A stretch of DNA of 64,000 nucleotides from Pristiophorus japonicus (Eukaryota): NCBI RefSeq assembly GCF_044704955.1, contig NC_091999.1, positions 49,166,001 to 49,230,000 of the forward strand. Reading direction: 5' to 3'. The number at the start of each line of letters is the position of its first letter. Positions within the stretch are counted from its first letter, which is position 1. This document shows positions 1-12,683 of the stretch, piece after piece. The notes beneath the pieces were generated by a model, which saw nothing but the letters and a program-made list of their open reading frames with translations, made no database searches and was not told the DNA's origin. A program made the position numbers and the translations under genes.

Positions 1-456
1 TCGGGCACCCTGTGCGGAGGGGAGACGGTAGGTCCGAGGGCCTCCTCGTAGGACTGCTCCTGGGCACGGCCAAGGGTGCCATCAGCCGGTCCAGGCATCG
101 GGCGGTCGAGGGGATCGTTCAGCCAGACTGCCTGCCTCTCTTCCGCGCATACATCTGGTTCAGGGTGCCTTCCGCGAGAGGTGGGCACCGGAGGGACTGG
201 AGTGCATCATCACGCCTGGCAACCAAATTTTAAATTCATTTTATGTTTTTAAGTTAATTTGTTTTAATTGCCGGTGCTTTTAGTGTCCCCCTCCCCTTTT
301 ATAGGGTGCACTTGAAGAAAAAAATATGTTTTTTGTGCCCACAAAACCACCCCAAAAAAACAACAATAAAATAAAAAAAAGGGCATTGTAAATGTTGGTG
401 TTTCCTCCAGATCGGGGGGCACGTTTTAATGTTATTTGTTTACTCCTAAAAGAGTT
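1..456 (+). mobile_element. 3' end of a Tx1-like (L1 clade) non-LTR retrotransposon, inserted into a CR1
   Basis: ORF 12..233 reads LLLGTAKGAISRSR..DCLPLFRAYI, typical of a Tx1 ORF2 C-terminus. An AT-rich 3' UTR ends ...aaaagagtt directly against CR1 sequence. A related piece lies at 17236-17529. Confidence 0.65.
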
Positions 457-1480
457 TAATGCACAAGGATCCCCAGGTCCCTCTGCACTGCTGCATTTTG
501 TAATTTCCCCCCCTTCAAATAATATTCCCTTTTACTGTTTTTTTTTCCCCCAGGGTGGATGACCTCATATTTTTCGACATCTGCCAAACCTTTGCCCATT
601 TGCTTAACCTATCTAAATCTCTTTGCAGCCTCTCTGTGTCCTCTACACAACCCGCTTTCCCACTAATCTTTGTGTCATCTGCAAATTTTGTTACTCTGCA
701 CTCTGTCCCCTCTTCCAGATCATCTATGTATATTGTAAGCAGTTGTGGTTGCAACACCGATCCCTGTGGCACACCACTAACCACCTATTTCCAACCCGAA
801 AAGTACCCATTTATTCCGACTCTCTGCTTTCTGTTAGCCAGCCAATTCTCTATCCATGCTAATACATTTCCTCTGACTCCACGTACCTTTATCTTCTGCA
901 GTAACCTTTTGTGTGGCACCTTATCGAATGACTTTTGGAAATCTAAATACACCACATCCATCGGTACACCTCTATCCACCATGCTCATTATCTCTTCAAG
1001 GAATTCCAGTAAATTAGTTAAACATGATTTCCCCTTCATGAATCCATGTTGCGTCTGCTTGATTTCACTATTCCTATCCAGATGTCCCGCTATTTCTTCC
1101 TTAACGATAGCTTCAAGCATTTCCCCCACTACAGATGTTAAACTAACCGGCCGAGAGTTACCTGCCTTTTGTCTGCCCCCTTTTTTAAACAGAGGCATTA
1201 CATTAGATGTTTTCCAATCCGATGGCACCTCCCCAGAGTCCAGAGAGTTTTGGTAGATTATAACGAATGCATCTGCTTTCACTTCCGCCATCTCTTTTAA
1301 TACGCTGGAATGCATTTCATCAGGACCAGGGGACTTGTCCACCTTGAGTCGCATTAGCCTGTCCAGCATTACCCCCAAAGTGATAGTGATTTTCTCAAGG
1401 TCATCCCTTCCCACATTCCCGTCACCAGCAATTTTTGGCATGGTTTTTTTGTTTTCCACTGTGAAGGCCGAAGCAAAATA
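457..1480 (-). mobile_element. CR1 LINE ORF2 fragment (RT domain), frameshifted
   Basis: ORFs 785..1459 and 515..784 contain KSPGPD, QHGFMKGKSCLTNL, DVVYLDFQKSFDKVPH, SGVPQGSVL and FADD. Very similar to 24580-25620. Confidence 0.95.
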
Positions 1481-1489
1481 AAATTATTC

Positions 1490-1988
1490 AACACTCACTG
1501 GTTCCCCTCCCCTGAAGGTACTGACTCTGGCGAGGTTCAATACCAGTGACATCATTTATTTTGTTCCTGCACCAAGATGGCCGCGCATGCGCTGTGCTAC
1601 TCACTGAATTAAGATGGTGGAGCGCTGAACCTGCCTTCCTGCACAAACATGGCCGGCGTTAGCCTGGGGCTGTGACCGGGAGAAAGCCACAAGCTGCAAC
1701 CGCCGATATTCCGGTTATTATTCCAGGCTTGCGGCGGGCACCGGTTGTTTATGAAGCCTCCCCAACTCCCGCAGGTCCATTACATCCCTCCGTCCGGCTG
1801 AAAAGGACACTTCTGAGAGACTGTCCAAAACACGTCTTCTCCGCCATTACACGCGTCGCGCATGCTCCAAACAGAGCCAGGGCCCGCGCCTGCGCACTGA
1901 GCTCCTGTAGTCTGCGTGCGGCACATTCTCCCCCGCTGGGCGTGCTGGATACATAAGTCCATGAGAAATAGGAGCAAGAGTGGGCCAC
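1490..1988. promoter_or_regulatory. CpG-rich promoter-like module, copy A (paralogous to ~16020-16526)
   Basis: YY1-type CAAGATGGC at 1573-1581, NRF1 palindrome GCGCATGCGC at 1583-1592, locally high CpG; colinear with copy B. Confidence 0.6.
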
Positions 1989-2024
1989 CCGGACCCCTGA
2001 GCCTGCTCCTCTTTCAATAACATT

Positions 2025-4085
2025 TGACTGGACAGTCGAGGGGGAGCCTCACTCAGTATCTCACCCGTGCTGTACCTGCCCTCAGAGTATTTTTGGGACA
2101 GCTGCATGGAGATTAACTCTGTATCTAACCGATGCTGTACATGTTCTGCAGTGTTTGATGGGACAGCGTACAGGGAGATTAATTCTATCTAACCAATGCA
2201 GTACCTAACCTGGGAGAATTAGGGACAGGCTAGAGGGAGATTTAATCTTTATGTAACCCGTGCTGTATCTGCCTTTGAATGTCTGGTGAGACCATGTAGA
2301 GGGACCTTTACTCTGCATCTAACCTGCGTTGCAAGTGCCCTGGAATAGTTGAATGGACAATGTGTAATTAATTGTGTATTTAACCTGTGCTGTCCTGCCA
2401 TGGGAGTGTTTGATAGGTCAGCTTGAAGGGGGCTTTAAATTGTGACTAACCCTTGCTGTACCTGACCTGGGATTCTTTAGGACAGTGCAGGAGGAGCTTT
2501 ACTCTGTATGTAACCCGTGCTGTATCTGCCGTTGGACTGTGTAGAGAGAGATTTACTCTGTGTTTAAACCGTGCTGTACTTCACCTCAGAGTGTTTGATG
2601 GGACAGTGTAGAGGGAGCTTTACTCTGTTTCGAACCCGTGATGGACCTGCCCTAGTTGTGTTTGATGGGTTAATGTAGACGAAGCTTTTCTTTGAATCTG
2701 AGTCGGGATAAATGGGCCATTTTCCAGTTGGCAAACAGTGATAAGTGGGGTACTACAGTGTCGGTGCTCGGTCCTCAACTATTTACAATCTATATTAATG
2801 ACTTGGATGAAGGGACTGCGTGTAATGTAGCAAAGATTGCTGATGATCCAAAGATGGATTGGAAAACAGATAAGATAATGAGAGGGCTCGAAAAGGTGAA
2901 TGCAGCGAAGATATTTGCACTCATTGGGGAAACTAAAACTCGGGGACCTAGTCTCAGAATAAGAGATCGCTCATTTAAAACTGAAATGAGGAGAAATTTC
3001 TTCTCCCAAGGGTTGTAAATCTATGGAATTTCTGCCCCAGAGAGCAGTAGAGGCTGGGTCATTGAATATATTAAAGGCGGAGATAGACAGATTTTTGAGT
3101 GATAAGCGAATAAGGTGTATGGGGAGCAGGCAGGAAAGTGGAGCTGAGCCCAAGATCAATCAGCCATAATCTTATTAAATGGCGGAGCAGTCTTGAGGCG
3201 CAAGTGGCCTACTCCTGCTCCTATTTCTTATATTATAGACTACCCTGTTCTATCCTTCGCCGGGAGTGTTTGATGGGACAATGTAGATAGAGCTTTACTC
3301 TGTATCTAACCCGTGCTGTACCTGCCTCAGAATTTTTGTTGGGGTATTGTAGAGTGAGAGATTACTCTCTATTTATGCCGTGCTGTATCTGTCCTGGGAG
3401 TGTTTGATGGGAAAATGTAGACGGATCTTTACTCTATATCTAACCCCGTGTTGTACCTGCCCTTGGAATGTCTGGTGGGACAGTGTCGAGGGAGCTTTAC
3501 TCGGTATCTAAGCAAGGCAAGGTATATCATTTCTTCGATAAGGAGACGAAAACTGTGCACAGTACTCCAAGTATGGTCTCATGAAGGCCCTGTACAATTG
3601 TAGGGAGAGATTAGAGAGAGAATTACACTGTATCTAACTTATGCTGTACCTGCCCTTGGAATGTGTATTTGGACAGTGCAAAGGGAGCTTTACTTAGTAT
3701 CGAACCAATGCAGTAGCTGCTCTGGGAATGTCCAGTGGAACAGTATAGACGGAGATATAGTCTATATCTAATCCATGCTGTACTTGCCCTGGAATGGTTG
3801 GGACAGGGTAGTGGGAGATGTACCACGTGTCTAACCCATGCTGTAACTGCCCTGGGAGTGTTTGATGGAACAGTGTAGAGGGAGCTTTACTCTGTATCAA
3901 CCTAGTGCTGTACCTGCCCTGGTGCTGTTTGATGGGACCGTGTTGAGGGAGCTTTACTGTGTATCGGACCCATGTTGTACCTCCCCTGGGAGTGTTTGGG
4001 ATATTGTAGACTGTAATTTAATCTGAATCAACCCCAGTAGTGTTTGGGACAAGATGGAGTGAGATTTACTCTGTATCTAACCCGT
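2025..4085 (+). repeat. 67-bp satellite array, interrupted by CR1 fragments (~2700-3235 and ~3520-3605)
   Basis: Diverged copies of aacccgtgctgtacctgccctgggagtgtttgatgggacagtgtagagggagctttactctgtatct. Confidence 0.9.
2700..3235 (+). mobile_element. CR1 LINE 3' fragment with internal deletion
   Basis: SVLGPQLFTIYINDLDEG joined to KTEMRRNFFSQ, followed by the CR1 3' UTR (ggcctactcctgctcctatttctta). Confidence 0.85.
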
Positions 4086-4089
4086 GCAT

Positions 4090-5070
4090 TAATGGTCGTC
4101 CTGACATCAGTTGTAGCAAAAATGCTAAAATCTACTATTAAGCATGTTGTAAGTACTAACAGGATTGGGCAGAATCAGCATGGATTTATTAAGGTAAATT
4201 GTACATGACAAATCTGTGAGCATTTTTTGAGGTTGTAACTAGCAGGATAGATAACGGCGAACCACTGGATATGGTGTATTTAGATTTACAGAAGGCATTC
4301 GATGAGGTGCCACACAAGAGGTTATAAAACAAAATTAGGGCTCATGGGATTGAAGGTAATATACGAGCAAGGATTAAGGATTGGTTAATGGACAGAAAAC
4401 AGAGAGTAGGAATAAACGGGTGATTTTCGGGTTCGCAGGATGTAACTGGTGGGGTGCTGCAAGGATCGGTGCTTGGGCCCCAGCTATTCACAATCTATAT
4501 CAATAATTTGGACCAAATGTAATATATCGAAGTTTGCTGAGTATACAAAGCTAGTTGGGAATGTAAGTTGTGAGGAGGATAAAAAGAGTTTTCAAAGGGA
4601 TATATACAGTCTCAGTGAGTGGGCAAGAACATGGCAAATGGAATATAATGTGAAGAAATGTTAAGTTTTAGGCACTCATAGTAAAAATAGAAAGGCAGAG
4701 TATTTATTTTAAATGGTGAGAGATTGGGAAACATTGTGTTCAGAGGGACCTGGATGTTCTTGTACACAAATCGCCAAAAGTTAATATGCAGGTGCAGCAA
4801 GCAATTAAGAAATCAAATGGTATATTGGTCTTTATTACAAAAAGATTTGAGTATTTACGTCTTAATGCAATTATACAGGGCCCTGGTGAGACCACACCAG
4901 GAGTATTGTGTACTCTTTTGGTCTCCTTAGCTAAGGAAAGATAAACTTGCTATAGAGGGACAGCAATGAAGGTTCACCAGATTGATTCCTGGGATGGGGG
5001 GATTGTCCTATGAGAGATTGAATAGACCAGGCCTATATTCTCCAGCGTTTAGAAGAATGAGAGGTGAGAG
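4090..5070 (+). mobile_element. Degenerate CR1 LINE RT fragment
   Basis: QHGF, DMVYLDLQKAFD and LYRALVRPHQEYCV motifs with stops and frameshifts. Confidence 0.9.
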
Positions 5071-6879
5071 GCGACACACATATTCCATGAACACATTTTT
5101 AAAAAGATATGAGATGTTTAAATTTGATGAAGGACGCCAGCCACATTATTAGAGAAACTCCCTGCCCTTAAGGACATGTATTCAGGGGAGAAGCTGATGG
5201 GTTTATTTAATCATCTTTGGGTTAAATGTTGTGCTCCTCGAGCTGAGCAGCCCATGTCAGCATCAAACACTCTCCAGTCGGGCACAGCACAGGTCAGATA
5301 CAGAGTGAACCCATCGGTCGCTCTCCGACACAGATACTGAGGGACAGGCAGTTTCCGGGACACTGACATTTCTCACTCGATAAGGTATACATTGATCCTG
5401 TACCTCTCCCCATTAATCCTGGGTTCCATACGGCTCGAATCCTGCTCCTGTTTCCCTTCCTGTAACAGCACTGAGCTCAACCCAGCCAATAATGAGCAGG
5501 GCTCAGGGAGGGTGGTTGCGAGGCGCTGCAGTGATGTCATAAAGCAGGGCCATTCATCCCAGCTGGTCCTCTCCTTGTCCCTTTAAAGATGGAGAGCTGG
5601 GACATCCTGTCTCAACACACATCCCCCTGTTCATACCGAGAATCCCCGGGGAAGGCCCAAGGCCCAGAGTGTGGAACACAATCAAGGGGGAAAGAGGAGG
5701 AGAGAAGGGGAGGTAAATCAAGGAGTGGGGACTGAGGGCCACCAAGCTTCAGTTTTAGAGCCTGTAGATTTCAGGAGGGACCAGTGAGTTCTGTAGCTTC
5801 AGGATCCAAGGAGAGAACAAGGAGAAGATGGAGAGTCTGGTGTGGGTTCCAGCACAGTGATGATGTAGTGGGTGGGAGATTTTGTCGGGTCGTGTATTAG
5901 GGGTATAGGAGGAACGAGACAGGAAAGGTCAGAGGAGCAAATACTGCAGCAGTGTCCATCAATAGTGAGAGAGAGAAGGTGGGGGTCAGAGTGGGCCCTG
6001 GACAGGCCGGTAAACTGTTTGTTTGCTGTGACCAGCTTTCCTTCTGTCACAAATAGCCTCCTGTAGCCCAGTGACATAAACAGCCAACTAAACGCCACCA
6101 ATGTCCTTTAGTCTGGTGAGGTCTCCGTTTATGAAACATCGGCTGTTGTTAAAGCTTCTCATTCTGAGTAGCTCACAGTGAGACAGTATACACTGTCCCT
6201 TTTATTCCAGGGGCTTCATCTTTGCTGGTATTGGTAACACGCCCGGGATCACTAAACACAAAACCCAGTCTGTTAATCACTTTCAGCTACTGGACTTAGC
6301 GTGTGCCCCGTAGCATCTCTCTCACCTTCAATGTGTGAATAGAGCATCACGCCTGCAAAGCTGGTTTAAGTTTGTATCGATGCAGCAAATCTATTTAAGA
6401 AAAGCCTGTAGGCCAATGAGACACTGTTCAGGGGCCAGTGTGCTGCTGATTTGTCCGGCATTTTGCCTGGAATGGAAAATAACTGAACATTTCTCCCAGT
6501 GTAACTTTTGCTCTATTGAAATGTGTCTTTTAATAAGCCTCATGTCCTTGCTCATTTCTGCTGCAATTGTGTAGAAAGAGGATGTGTGAAGTGATGATGT
6601 TTGTATGGAGATGTGAAACAAGAAAACGGTATCTGTGTGTGGGAGTGACACAGTCTTGTGGTCACAGGCAGAACCATGCACCGATATCCTTGTGGTTATG
6701 GTTTGAACAGGGTCAGCTCATGAATGCTCAGCTAAGAGGTACCAGGGATCGGGAGCAGATGCAGTAAATAAAATCTAAATGTAATTTCCGATGTAATTTA
6801 TCTTCATTTATTCCTATTTTAATAGCTTTTGCTGAATGTGGCCCATGCCAAGTGCCAGAATATTGGATCAGGCCCACCA

Positions 6880-7270
6880 TAGAAAATGAGTTTGACAATG
6901 TCAACTGGATTCCCCCATCCACCAATCTAACAACTTCTTTACAAACTCAATCTAGTTTGTAAGACGTGACCATATTTACCGGAATCCATGTTCAGTATCT
7001 GTAATGGCCCCTTCCCTTTCCCCATGATTGAAAACAGAATCTCTCAGGATCCCTTCAAGCACCTTCCCGGTGATCGAGGTCACGTTGATGGGCCTTCTGT
7101 TACCGAGCTCTGACTGGTGCCCAAGTTGAAAAATGGGAACTACATGTGCTACCTTCCAATCTCAGGGAACAACCCATGACTCTACTGAACTGTTGGAGAT
7201 CTAGGCAAGGGGCTGGCAGAGCACCCGTCCCATGTCTTTAAACACCCTTGAGTGGATATCATCCACACCT
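6880..7270 (-). mobile_element. Old, diverged CR1-type RT fragment
   Basis: Minus strand reads DWKVAHVVPIF...RRPINVTSITGKVLEGILRD, corresponding to CR1 DWK.ANV.P.FKKG..NYRPVSLTSV.GK.LE. Confidence 0.6.
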
Positions 7271-7599
7271 TACACGTCAAGATTAACCCGCACGGTGACT
7301 TTGCTGACAGTGAAGAGAGATGGTAAAGACCAAAGTGCCATTTGCCCCTCTCAGTGTGACCCTGAAGGACTGTGTCCAGGCTGAAGTTCTCCCCCCATTC
7401 GATCCTCCCCCAGATTGTCCTCACTGAGCTCCAGCCAGGTGATGCTAAACACTCGGGAAAGACAAAAATCTACAGCAATGTGTTGAAAGCAACACGAATT
7501 TATTTCTCTATATTCCAAATATTAAACTCCAGTCCAGTTACAGGAGTTATTAACATCAGCGGAAACAAACCCCAACTGTCAGAATGAACATGGTACAAT

Positions 7600-8110
7600 C
7601 AGGATGTGATTAACAGCAGCAATAAGAGCAGATCCCAACCCTTACAGTCACTTGTGAACTTGCTGGTGTCTCAATAGATGCAATGACTGAATAAATCCCT
7701 TCAGATACACAGAGCAGGTGAATGACCTCTCCCCACTGTGAACTCGCTGGTGCCTCAACAGATGGAATGACCGAGTGAATCACTTCCCACATTCAGATCA
7801 GGTGCACGGCCTCTTCCCGGTGTGAACTCGCTGGTGTGTTTCCAGCTGCGATGGGTAGTTGAAACGTTTCCCAGAGTCTCCACATTTGCACAATTTCTCC
7901 CCAGTGTGACTGCACTTGTGCCTCTCCAGGTTGAAGCATTGTCCACACACAGAGCACGTGTACCGTTTCTCCCCGCTGTGAACGGTGCTTTTTGCTTCCA
8001 TGGTCAAAGGCCAATGATATTCCATTTCCGATGTATCGAGTAACTCTGTCAGATCTTAATGTGATGTTTGGTTTGAGTCTCCATTCGACAAATCGTCTCC
8101 TTTTAATACC
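7600..8110 (-). pseudogene. Degenerate C2H2 zinc-finger gene, last exon
   Basis: ORF 7798..8025 contains HSGEKRYTCSVCG, HTGEKLCKC and HQRVHTGKRP, with frameshifts and broken fingers. Acceptor ctttacag at 8112-8111. 3' UTR homologous to 11780-11890. Confidence 0.8.
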
Positions 8111-8189
8111 CTGTAAAGTGAATTTCAGACAGGAAAAAGGGTGGGTGAGAGAGAATCCACAAAAACACAAAGGCAGGTTGAGAAATTGA

Positions 8190-8290
8190 ATTTAATGAAC
8201 TTGGTCATTTGTGGGGCCAGCACTAGAAGTAGTAACCAAGAAAGCTGCCAGTTTGTGGTAAAACCCAACTGGTTCATTAATGTCCTGGGG
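8190..8290 (+). mobile_element. Short SINE fragment (shark HE1/V-SINE-like)
   Basis: gaaagctgccagtttgtggtaaaacccaactggttcattaatgtcc resembles the shark SINE core as recalled, not searched. Confidence 0.4.
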
Positions 8291-8559
8291 TTGTCATCAG
8301 GGAAGGGAACCCACCTCCATTGATAGCCCCACATGGGGAGTTGTTGGTCCCACTGTGCGCAGATTTACTGGGGGTGAAACCCAGCAGCTTCTCCTCCATC
8401 TCCGCTCCAGCTCAAACTGATGCAACAAACAGACCCACACAGGAGGCCAGGTATCCAAAGCATCTTTCTAAAATTTGCAGCATAGTTGAGAGTCGAACTA
8501 CTCTAAATTGCCCGAGATTTGGAGATTTGAGAATCTAGAGTTTGCTTTGTACCGGAATC

Positions 8560-9175
8560 CAGGTCACCGATTGGAGCATGGGCAGGACCATCGGAACGGC
8601 CCAGGTACAGCAGGCGATGCTGCAAGCAGCAGAAGATTGGTGAGGTCGGGGTGTAGTACCGCTGAGAGATTGGGGCCCTCAAGTGGAGCGAATTCGGGGC
8701 AGAGAGATTGGGGCCAAGGGGAAGCGATAGTTCGGAGCAGAGAGATTGGGGCCAAGGAGAGGCGAGAGTTTGGAGCGGAGAGATTGGGGCCACAAGAGGC
8801 GAGAGTTCGGGGCGGAGAGATTGGGGCCCATGAGAGGCGAGAGTTCGGCGCCTGGAAGAGGCAAGGGCCCAGGGACAGAATCGGCCAGACCACACTTCGA
8901 TCTATGGGCAGTCGGAGCATGTGCAACAGAGATTGGTCTCCAGTCGTCTTGATTAACACTTGCCACTGGACCAAGACCTCGCTCTGTCCAGCCCGTGTGG
9001 TTGTTGGTGTGCAATGGACACATACATTAAAATAATCCACGCACGGGCTTCTCCCACCCTTCAATATGTAGTTCGGGACCGGAATATCAGGTCTTATATT
9101 GAAACATCTTTGAAATCATCCCTTTTTGGTGTGGAAGTGGGTCATCCTCCATTCAAGGGACTGCCTAATACTATA
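8560..9175 (+). mobile_element. Non-autonomous retroelement with an RTE-derived 3' tail and an internal ~37-bp repeat (8660-8850)
   Basis: 9128-9168 ggtgtggaagtgggtcatcctccattcaagggactgccta matches the RTE end at ~27006-27047 ggtgtggaagcaagtcttcctcgattcaaagggactgccta. The 5' boundary is uncertain. Confidence 0.55.
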
Positions 9176-9334
9176 CTGTAAAGGAGGACTGGGAGTGACT
9201 TCGCATCCAGCACCCACCCTGATACAGAGCGTCTGGGAATTGCTGGGTCTGCTGTATAAATGCAAGTAGTTGTTTTCATGGTTTGGGGGAGGCACTGCCC
9301 CCGGGGTTTGCTGCTGCAAGGCCCGGCTCTCCGA

Positions 9335-9750
9335 CTCGGGGCCTGAGAGCCACAGTCGGTGTTGCCCGCGGCCTGAGGGCCGCACTCGGTGTTGTCCGGG
9401 GCCTGAGAGCCGCATTCGGTGTTGTCTGGGGCCTGAGAGCCGCACTCGGTGTTGCCCGAGGCCTGAGGGCCGCACTCGGTGTTGTCCGGGGCCTGAGGGC
9501 CGCACTCGGTGTTGCCCGGGGCCTGAGGGCCGCACTTGGTGTTGCCCGGGGCCTGAGGACCGCACTCGGTGTTGTCCGGGGCCTGAGAGCCGCACTCGGT
9601 GTTGTCGGGGGCCTGAGGGCCGCACTCGGTGATGCCAGGGGCCTGAGAGCTGCACTCGATGTTGTCCGGGGCCTGAGAGCCACACTCGGTGTTGCCTGGG
9701 GCCTGAGGGCCGCACTGGGTGTTGCACGGGTCCTGAGAGCTTCACTCGGC
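9335..9750. repeat. GC-rich 30-bp minisatellite, ~14 copies
   Basis: Unit gggcctgagggccgcactcggtgttgcccg; gives 10-aa periodic ORFs in several frames. Confidence 0.95.
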
Positions 9751-9914
9751 ATTGTCCGGCGCCGTGCTCGCTCCGCTCATTGGCGGGGAGCCTCTTCGCA
9801 CAGGGAGGTGCTCTCTGGGAACCAGCCCTTCACGCGTGTTGCCTCGCTGCTGATGGAGATAGGGCATATTCCCCGGGTGGTTCACTCTGGGAAACAATCA
9901 TTCGCCATTGTCAG

Positions 9915-10470
9915 GGAGTGGTACAGCACAGAAGGCCATGCAGCCCATCGTTTCTGTGCCAGTTCTTTGGTGGAGCTGTTCATTCAGTCTCACTGCTCTG
10001 CTCTTTACCCATAGCTCGGTATATTTTTCCCGGCAAGTATTTATCCAATTCCCTTTTAAAAGTTACAATTGAATCTGCTTCCACCACCCTTTCAGAGAGT
10101 GCATTCCGGATCGTCACAATTCGCTGGGTAATAAATGATCCTGCATCTCATCTCTCGTCATTTTGCCAATCATCGGAAGTCTGACTCCTCTGGTTACCTA
10201 ACCTAATGCCACTGGAAAGAATTTCCATATTTACTCAATCTTCTAAATCATTCATAATTTTGTACATCTCCGTCGAAACTCCTTTTACTCTTTCCTACAC
10301 TCTGGAGAAAACTTCACCAGGTTCTCCTCATCTAGAATGTCCCACATCCCTGGCACTGTCCCTTCTGCACCTTCTCTAAAAGCTGAGCATCATATCGAAA
10401 GTTTGGAGCCCAAACTTGAACACAATTCTCCAGCTGAAGCCTAACCAGTTTTATATAAAGGTTTGGCAAA
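9915..10470 (-). mobile_element. CR1 3' fragment
   Basis: Similar to 28950-29680 and to the reverse complement of 14310-15010. Confidence 0.6.
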
Positions 10471-10809
10471 CTAAACATCAAATGCTGATATTTCTGTGAG
10501 GCGGTTTAAAGGGCGAGGTCCATCCAGTCAGTTGGATGTGTCAATGAGAATGCGAACCTAAGGAAGTGCATTTGGAGTGGAGAGCCATGGACATGCTGTG
10601 TAACTGGGCGCAAACTCTCCTGCGCTCACCACACATCACTTGTTTCCCATTTGGCATGAAAGGAACGTGTTAGTTGCAACAATTCATTTGATTTGATTTC
10701 AAATTGTTTAGTATAGAAATTGAATTATGTTTCTATGATTTTTTTTCCCAACTCAGATTTAAGGCCTCAATATTTTCTCTTCGACTGTGTACAGTCACAG
10801 CATTCCAAC

Positions 10810-11290
10810 TCTGAAACTGTACATTGCGATTCCAACCCTGGGAGAGTACATGGTGATTCTAACCCTGGCACTGTACATGGGGATTCTAACCCTGGCACTG
10901 TACATGGGGATTCTAACCCTGGCACTGTACATGGGGATTCTAATCCTGGGACTGTACCTGGGGATTCCAACCCTGTGACTGTACATGGGGATTCTAACCC
11001 AGGGACTGTACATGGAGATTCTAACCCTGGGAGAGCACATGGGCATTCTAACCCTGGGACAGTACATGGGGTTTCTAAACCTGGGAGAGTACATGGGGAT
11101 TCTAAACCTGGGGGAGTAAATGGGGATTCTAAACCTGGGAATGCATACGGGAATTCGAACCCTGGAATTGTACATGGAGATTCTAAACCTGGCACTATAC
11201 ACGGGGATTCTAAACCTGGGAGAGCACATGGGGATACTCAACCTTGCACTGTACACGGAGATTCTAACCATGGAACTGTATATGGTGTCC
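10810..11290. repeat. 27-bp minisatellite, ~17 copies
   Basis: Unit ggcactgtacatggggattctaaccct, giving 9-aa periodicity (HGDSNPGTV) in ORF 10720..11358. Confidence 0.95.
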
Positions 11291-11897
11291 AGGCATTCGG
11301 GCCCCCTTCGGAGACGACCAGGCCTCTACTTCCCCGCAGTACTCCAGATGTGGTCTAGCCAGGGCTTTGTGCAGCTGCAGAGGGCTGGCAGCGCCCATGG
11401 AATAGTATCAAAGGAGGTAGCTTAGTACTGACTTTCATTTTAAACTTTAAATCAACTTGGGAAACTTATAAATAACTTGCAAAAACTTTTTAAAAACTCC
11501 ACAAGAAACTTGTAAAACTTCTGAAAAAACGTTTAACCAACGTGGAAGAGCATTCAAGAATAAATTTCTTTTAATTTTTTATTTATTGAGGAATTGACTA
11601 CTGTACCCCAATCTAACTAGAAAATAGTTTGGTGTGTTTTATTAGCATCATTTTCAGTCATTTGAAACCGGGTTACTCACGACAACGCTTGGCGAGTAGG
11701 TGTGCATCCGACCAGGAGACTGGGCAACAACCCCCTACCTCCTGCATCCCTCCATTTATTTATTTATTCATTTTTATATATCCCAAATATTAAACTCCAG
11801 TCCAGTTACTGGAGTTATCATCAGAAACAAACCTCAATTGTCAGAATGAACATGGTTCAGTCAGGATGTGATTAAAAGCAGATTCCAGCACCTGCAG

Positions 11898-12683
11898 TCA
11901 GTTGGGAACTCGCTGGTGTCTCAGCAGTGTGGAATACTGAGTTAATCCCTTACTACACACAGAGCTGGGGAACGGCCTCTCCGCCGTGTGAACTCGCTGG
12001 TGGCCCAGCAGTTGGGATGATCGAAATAATGCCTTCCCACACTCAGAGCAGGTGAATGGCCACTCACCAGTGTGAACTCGCTGGTGTGTCGTCAGGGCGG
12101 ATGACCGAGTGAATCCCTTCCCACACTCCGAGCAGGTGAACGGCCTCTCCCCAGTGTGAACTCGCTGGTGTGCCAGCAGGTCAGATGACAGAAAGAATCC
12201 CTTCCCACACCCAGAGCAGGTGAACGGCCTCTCGCCAGTTTGAACTCGCTGGTTTGACTGCAGGTGGGATGACTGAGTGAATCCCTTCCCACACGTAGAG
12301 CAGGTGAACGGCCTCTCCCCAGTGGGAACTCGCTCCTGTGTCAGCAGGGTGAATGAAGTAATGAATCTCTTCCCACACTCTGAGCAGGAAAACGACCTCT
12401 CCCCAGTGTGAACTCCCTGGTGTGTCAGCAGGTGGGATGACTGAGTGAATCCCTTCCCACACACGGAGCAGTTGAACGGCCTCTCCCCCGTGTGAACTCG
12501 CTGTTGAACTACAAGGTCGGATGAACCAGTGAATCCCTTCCCACACATGGGGCAGGTAACTGGCCACTCCCCACTGTGACTGCGTCGATTAATTTCAAGA
12601 TCTGATGCCGATCTGAATCCCTTCCCACAGCCGCCACATTTCCATGGTTTCTCCATGGTGCGGCTGTCCTTGTGATCCTCCAT
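11898..12683 (-). CDS. C2H2 (Kruppel-type) zinc-finger ORF, 261 aa, 9 fingers of which 4 are intact; probably a pseudogene
   Basis: CxxC...HxxxH repeats with TGERP linkers. Fingers 1, 2, 4, 5 and 9 lack a Cys or His ligand. Frameshifted finger remnants lie upstream to ~12900. The homologous acceptor reads TG at 13018-13017. Confidence 0.8.
   Translation of the reverse strand: MEDHKDSRTMEKPWKCGGCGKGFRSASDLEINRRSHSGEWPVTCPMCGKGFTGSSDLVVQQRVHTGERPFNCSVCGKGFTQSSHLLTHQGVHTGERSFSCSECGKRFITSFTLLTQERVPTGERPFTCSTCGKGFTQSSHLQSNQRVQTGERPFTCSGCGKGFFLSSDLLAHQRVHTGERPFTCSECGKGFTRSSALTTHQRVHTGEWPFTCSECGKALFRSSQLLGHQRVHTAERPFPSSVCSKGLTQYSTLLRHQRVPN

Noticed and set aside
555-1256. 233-aa + strand ORF (and the similar 24809..25216 and 17864..18283)
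   Set aside because: Antisense shadows of LINE RT frames.
5390-6800. Possible gene start (TGATGTCA/ATAAA at ~5532-5543, ATG at ~5589) and short ORFs
   Set aside because: No recognisable protein motif or consistent splice structure; left unassigned.
9116-11425. Long periodic ORFs (e.g. 9283..10014, 10720..11358) as repeat proteins
   Set aside because: They are open in several frames and on both strands simply because the unit lengths (30 and 27 bp) are multiples of 3 and stop-free; there is no other gene evidence.
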